DNA of 64,000 nucleotides from the NCBI GenBank assembly GCA_012295275.1, contig CM022665.1:33914001-33978000 (forward strand), given 5' to 3'. The stretch comes from Chrysomallon squamiferum. Taxonomy: Eukaryota > Animalia > Mollusca. Shown here one piece after another: positions 60,338 to 64,000 of the stretch (positions within the stretch are counted from its first letter, which is position 1; every line of letters starts with the position of its first letter). The notes under the pieces were generated by a model. It was not told the DNA's origin. It did no database searches and saw only the letters and a program-made list of their open reading frames with translations. A program made the position numbers and the translations under genes.

Positions 60338-63300
60338 GTGAGTTTTTACAATTTTTTTTTAGTATTGGGTGATGGCAATATTTGGGCAATGCTCATGTTG
60401 CTTCTGCAGAAAGTAGATACATTGCACACACCTGAGATGCCCATGCTAGATATTGGACATGAAAGCACTGATGCAGGTGATGTCATGTCAGTAACTCTTA
60501 ATATTTACACTTTAAGCAGTTCCTCAGTTTAGTAATTTGAGGTGATGCTCTTTTCATCCAGCAAAAATAACTTTTGTCAGTGATTCCAAAACAACAGGCA
60601 AGTTTACAGAGATACCACGACAACCATCTTTATAGTCAGGCTTATCTCCCTTGCAATCAGATTAACACACAAACAGCTGCGTCCAGTGTGTGAATCAAAG
60701 AACTCAAAAAAAGAAAAAAAAAGAAAAAAGTTAAGAGATACTGTAGATACTGTTTCACTGTTGCCAAATTATTCATTATTCAGTCAATCAATTTTAGTTT
60801 TCTTTGTTTTTTGTTTTTTTCTAAACATTTTCTTTTCTTTTCATTTTTAAATATATATTTACGTAATGCTTGCATGAATCCTTCCATTAATCCATCCTTT
60901 CATTCATTCTTCCATATATATGTACATAGGTAGATACATACATACATGTTTTGGCTTGGGTTTTATTTTCCTAATCTGTTTTTCTTTCATTTGTACAGTT
61001 CATAATAATGATACCAAAAGGATTTGTGCCTTTTAAGACATGTAATGAGAGACTCAATGCAATTTTTAAAAAAGAATAACTTTTTGTAGTGTGACCAAAT
61101 TTGTATCTGTTATATAATTAAATTTTTATGTTAATGGTAATAATTAATTAATAATACACAAAAGAGGAAATCTGCTTCCACCAGTCCATGATCTATATCA
61201 ACTGGATTTTTTAAATACTTTTTTTCATATTGTAGCATGGTTTTAGGTAAATAGTTATATGGCTTTGTCTGGAAAATGCGTGGTCTGGTGTGCATTCTAG
61301 GAAATATTGGTCCTGCATCCTACCATGGTTCACACTAGTGCTTTAACCATTTAATCATTGTCCATTCCTACAGTAACTGTCTAAATCTAAAACACGATTT
61401 TTGTCACCTGGATGTTTTACAAACAATGATTGTTTGACATCTGGTCTACCAATATAGAACATGTGTGAGTGTAAAAATGCATTCTTCTCCCAGTCATTCA
61501 TTATGTTCACACATCTGTTGTTTATTGAAACCATGTTGTATTTCAAGTAAACATACCTTACCTATTAAATTAATCTAAAGTGTGGGTGATAGACTCAGTC
61601 TTTACAATATATTTGTATTACCAACTAAATAACACCTTATAGAAATGTACAGATTATTATTATTATTTTATTATTTTTTTTAAATGACTTTCTCTCTTTG
61701 CTTTAAGGGAAAGCTATAAATAAAAATCTAAACAAAACAAAGTGAAACAAAGCCTTATGCTTCTTGCATTTCATACATTTTCATTTTTATTTATGTGCTG
61801 GGTGGTAAATTTAAAGATTTTTTTTTACATTTTTTTTTTTTTTTTTTTTTAAATTTATTAACAATTAGAAATGATTAACTTGAGATTATCAAGTCTAATC
61901 TTTAAAGTATGTCAGTCAGGAGAAATGATTCTGGAAATCATCACACTTCAGACCAACATTCTAATCATTTAACAAAAACATTGGTTCTTTCTACTGCACA
62001 TTTTTAAAACTACGTGGTTAAAAAATTAAAAATTAAAATAAAATACTACTACTACTGCTATTACTACTGCAAATTATGCCACTGCTACTACTACTGCCAC
62101 CATCATCTCCACTGTTACTCTACTTCTAAATAGCTGCTGCAAACTAGGAACACTTGTTAACAAATATATATAACACTGTGTATTAGCTGTAACACAGATT
62201 TTGTTTTGTTTCCTTTATTACAAAAGAAAATTACTGATTTTTATTTTGGAACTGTTGATATAAGTGACATAGTATATTGTCCAATCTCACAGATCTTACT
62301 GACTTATTGGCCAATATCATTTGTCAACCACATGTGCAAATGCATGAGCCATGTGTCAGAAATTAATTTGCTGGTCTAATAAATAATAATTATCATCTTT
62401 GATATACATTCTTCATGTGACTCTGACACATATAAGTCGGAGAGTAATTTATGTAAATCACCAAGTAAGATTTCTGTTTGGTTCATTCGGGTGCTTTATG
62501 GTGATTGTGGTTCATACTGGTTCTTGCAGGTGTTTCATTAAACCCATTTCTTTCCAGTGTACATATGTACATATTTTAGTAAGCTGTAACTAGTTTAGCA
62601 CTTAGAGCAGGTTCTTCATGCATTTATCATTTTAATGCTTTGTTTTTATGGGATTATGTATAAGTATTTAATTTATCATAGGCATGTTGTTTGTTGGGGG
62701 GGGATTTGTGGTTTTTTGTTGTGTTTTCTTTTTTCTTTTCACAATAACATTTGTACCCAGAATATGAAGGAAAAAAAAAGAAAAGTGACAGTATTTTTAA
62801 TAATGTTTTTTTTAAATTTATTTATTATTGTTATTATTTTTATTATTTATTTATTTATTTATATTTTTTATATTATTATTATTATTATTAATATTATTAT
62901 TATTATTATTATTTTTAATTTTTCTTTCATATGTAGATTTGTATTGCTTTTTTTTGTCTGCAGAGTATTTATATTTGTTTCAGAAGGATTTCAAAAGGTT
63001 TATAGTTATACCCAAGGAGAAAAATAAAACATAATATTTTCAAATATTAGCATCCTCATTATGAAATATGATTTAACAATCAACTTTTCTCTTGAAATGT
63101 TCTCATTCATAAATATGGTATTATGTGATACAACTTACATCCAGTAGACAAAAATCTAGGCTGTTTGATCAATCATTTGTTTACCTTTATATTTTCTAAT
63201 ATTTAACTATAATATGATATGTTTTAAAACGTTAGTATTTTCTTCAAATATTTTCTGTTAAGCTGTTTGATCATTCATATATCTTATTTTAAATTATTAT

Positions 63301-63943
63301 TAAAGTTTTTAACATCTGACTGTAAATTACAAAATATATTTGAAAAAAATTAAATCTGATTTAAAAAAGAATTGTTTTCATCCATAAATAATGACCAATT
63401 TATTATTTCGTATAACTTTTACATCCAACAAAAAAATTACAAAAAACACACACACTTCTTTGTGCTTGTTTGTTTGTTGTATATCACATTTAAATTTAAA
63501 GATAATTCAATATAAATATGAAAACAGATCTAAATCTGATTTGAAATCAAGGAATGCACACACACACACAAACACATTGTCTTCATTTTTAAATATTTTT
63601 TTATAACATTAAAACTTCTGGACTGGTTTCATTATTTCATGTTTTCAGTATTTGTTTAAGCTTTGAGAACAAGTTGATCCTTCAAGTGTGAGATCTGTTG
63701 GTTAAGATTAAAGACACTTGTACATAAATCTGTGACAGTAAGTAACCACAGCTATCACATCTACTACAAACACTTGTTGTACACATATTCTTTTTAAAAT
63801 ATACTCTATGATACACAAAAGAAAATGGAATTAAATTATCATACTTTTTATAAAAATTAAAAATTTGGTTCATTCAAATTCATTTTGGTTTAAACAGTTG
63901 AAAAAAGAAAAGGAAAAAGGAAAAATTTCAAAATCAAAATAAT

Positions 63944-63944
63944 A

Positions 63945-63980
<36 letters not shown>
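63944..63980. repeat. (ATT)n microsatellite
   Basis: Trinucleotide run. Confidence 0.9.
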
Positions 63981-63981
<1 letters not shown>

Positions 63982-64000
63982 GTTAGAAAGAGGTTTCTAA

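Noticed and set aside
60338-60532. ORF-track extension past the last WD40 exon
   Set aside because: Read-through of a consensus GTGAGT donor; the translation has no WD40 character
62635-63034. Long hydrophobic ORFs, and similar F/I/L-rich ORFs throughout the track
   Set aside because: Products of (ATT)n and T-rich low-complexity intron sequence

Overview
AT-rich, CpG-depleted eukaryotic (animal, probably invertebrate/molluscan - inference) genomic DNA with intron-rich genes; most ORF-track entries are spurious. Four spliced protein-coding genes can be reconstructed with consistent GT-AG boundaries and reading phases. (1) The 5' end of alpha-actinin (minus; exons 16324-16235 and 6911-6677, continuing off the left edge). 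(2) PET117, a small two-exon cytochrome c oxidase assembly factor missed by the ORF track (minus; 30055-29960 and 26302-26195). (3) A complete CDKN3/KAP phosphatase (minus; ~35293-32227). (4) Head-to-head with CDKN3, a large (>1037 codon) F-box/WD40 protein (plus; 36683 to beyond 60337). Mobile DNA includes a 2.85-kb Sola2-like transposon derivative with ~630-bp near-perfect inverted arms (828-3681, ATTT TSD), a solo end of the same family, and two TA-flanked Tc1/mariner-type MITEs. Most interesting observations: a PKA-anchoring (AKAP/RIAD-like) helix between two D-domain-like motifs in the F-box/WD40 protein; an apparent 1-nt frameshift in PET117 exon 2; a fold-back rearrangement that built the Sola element's long arms; and a candidate alternative first exon of alpha-actinin. 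Homolog comparisons are from memory and need database confirmation.
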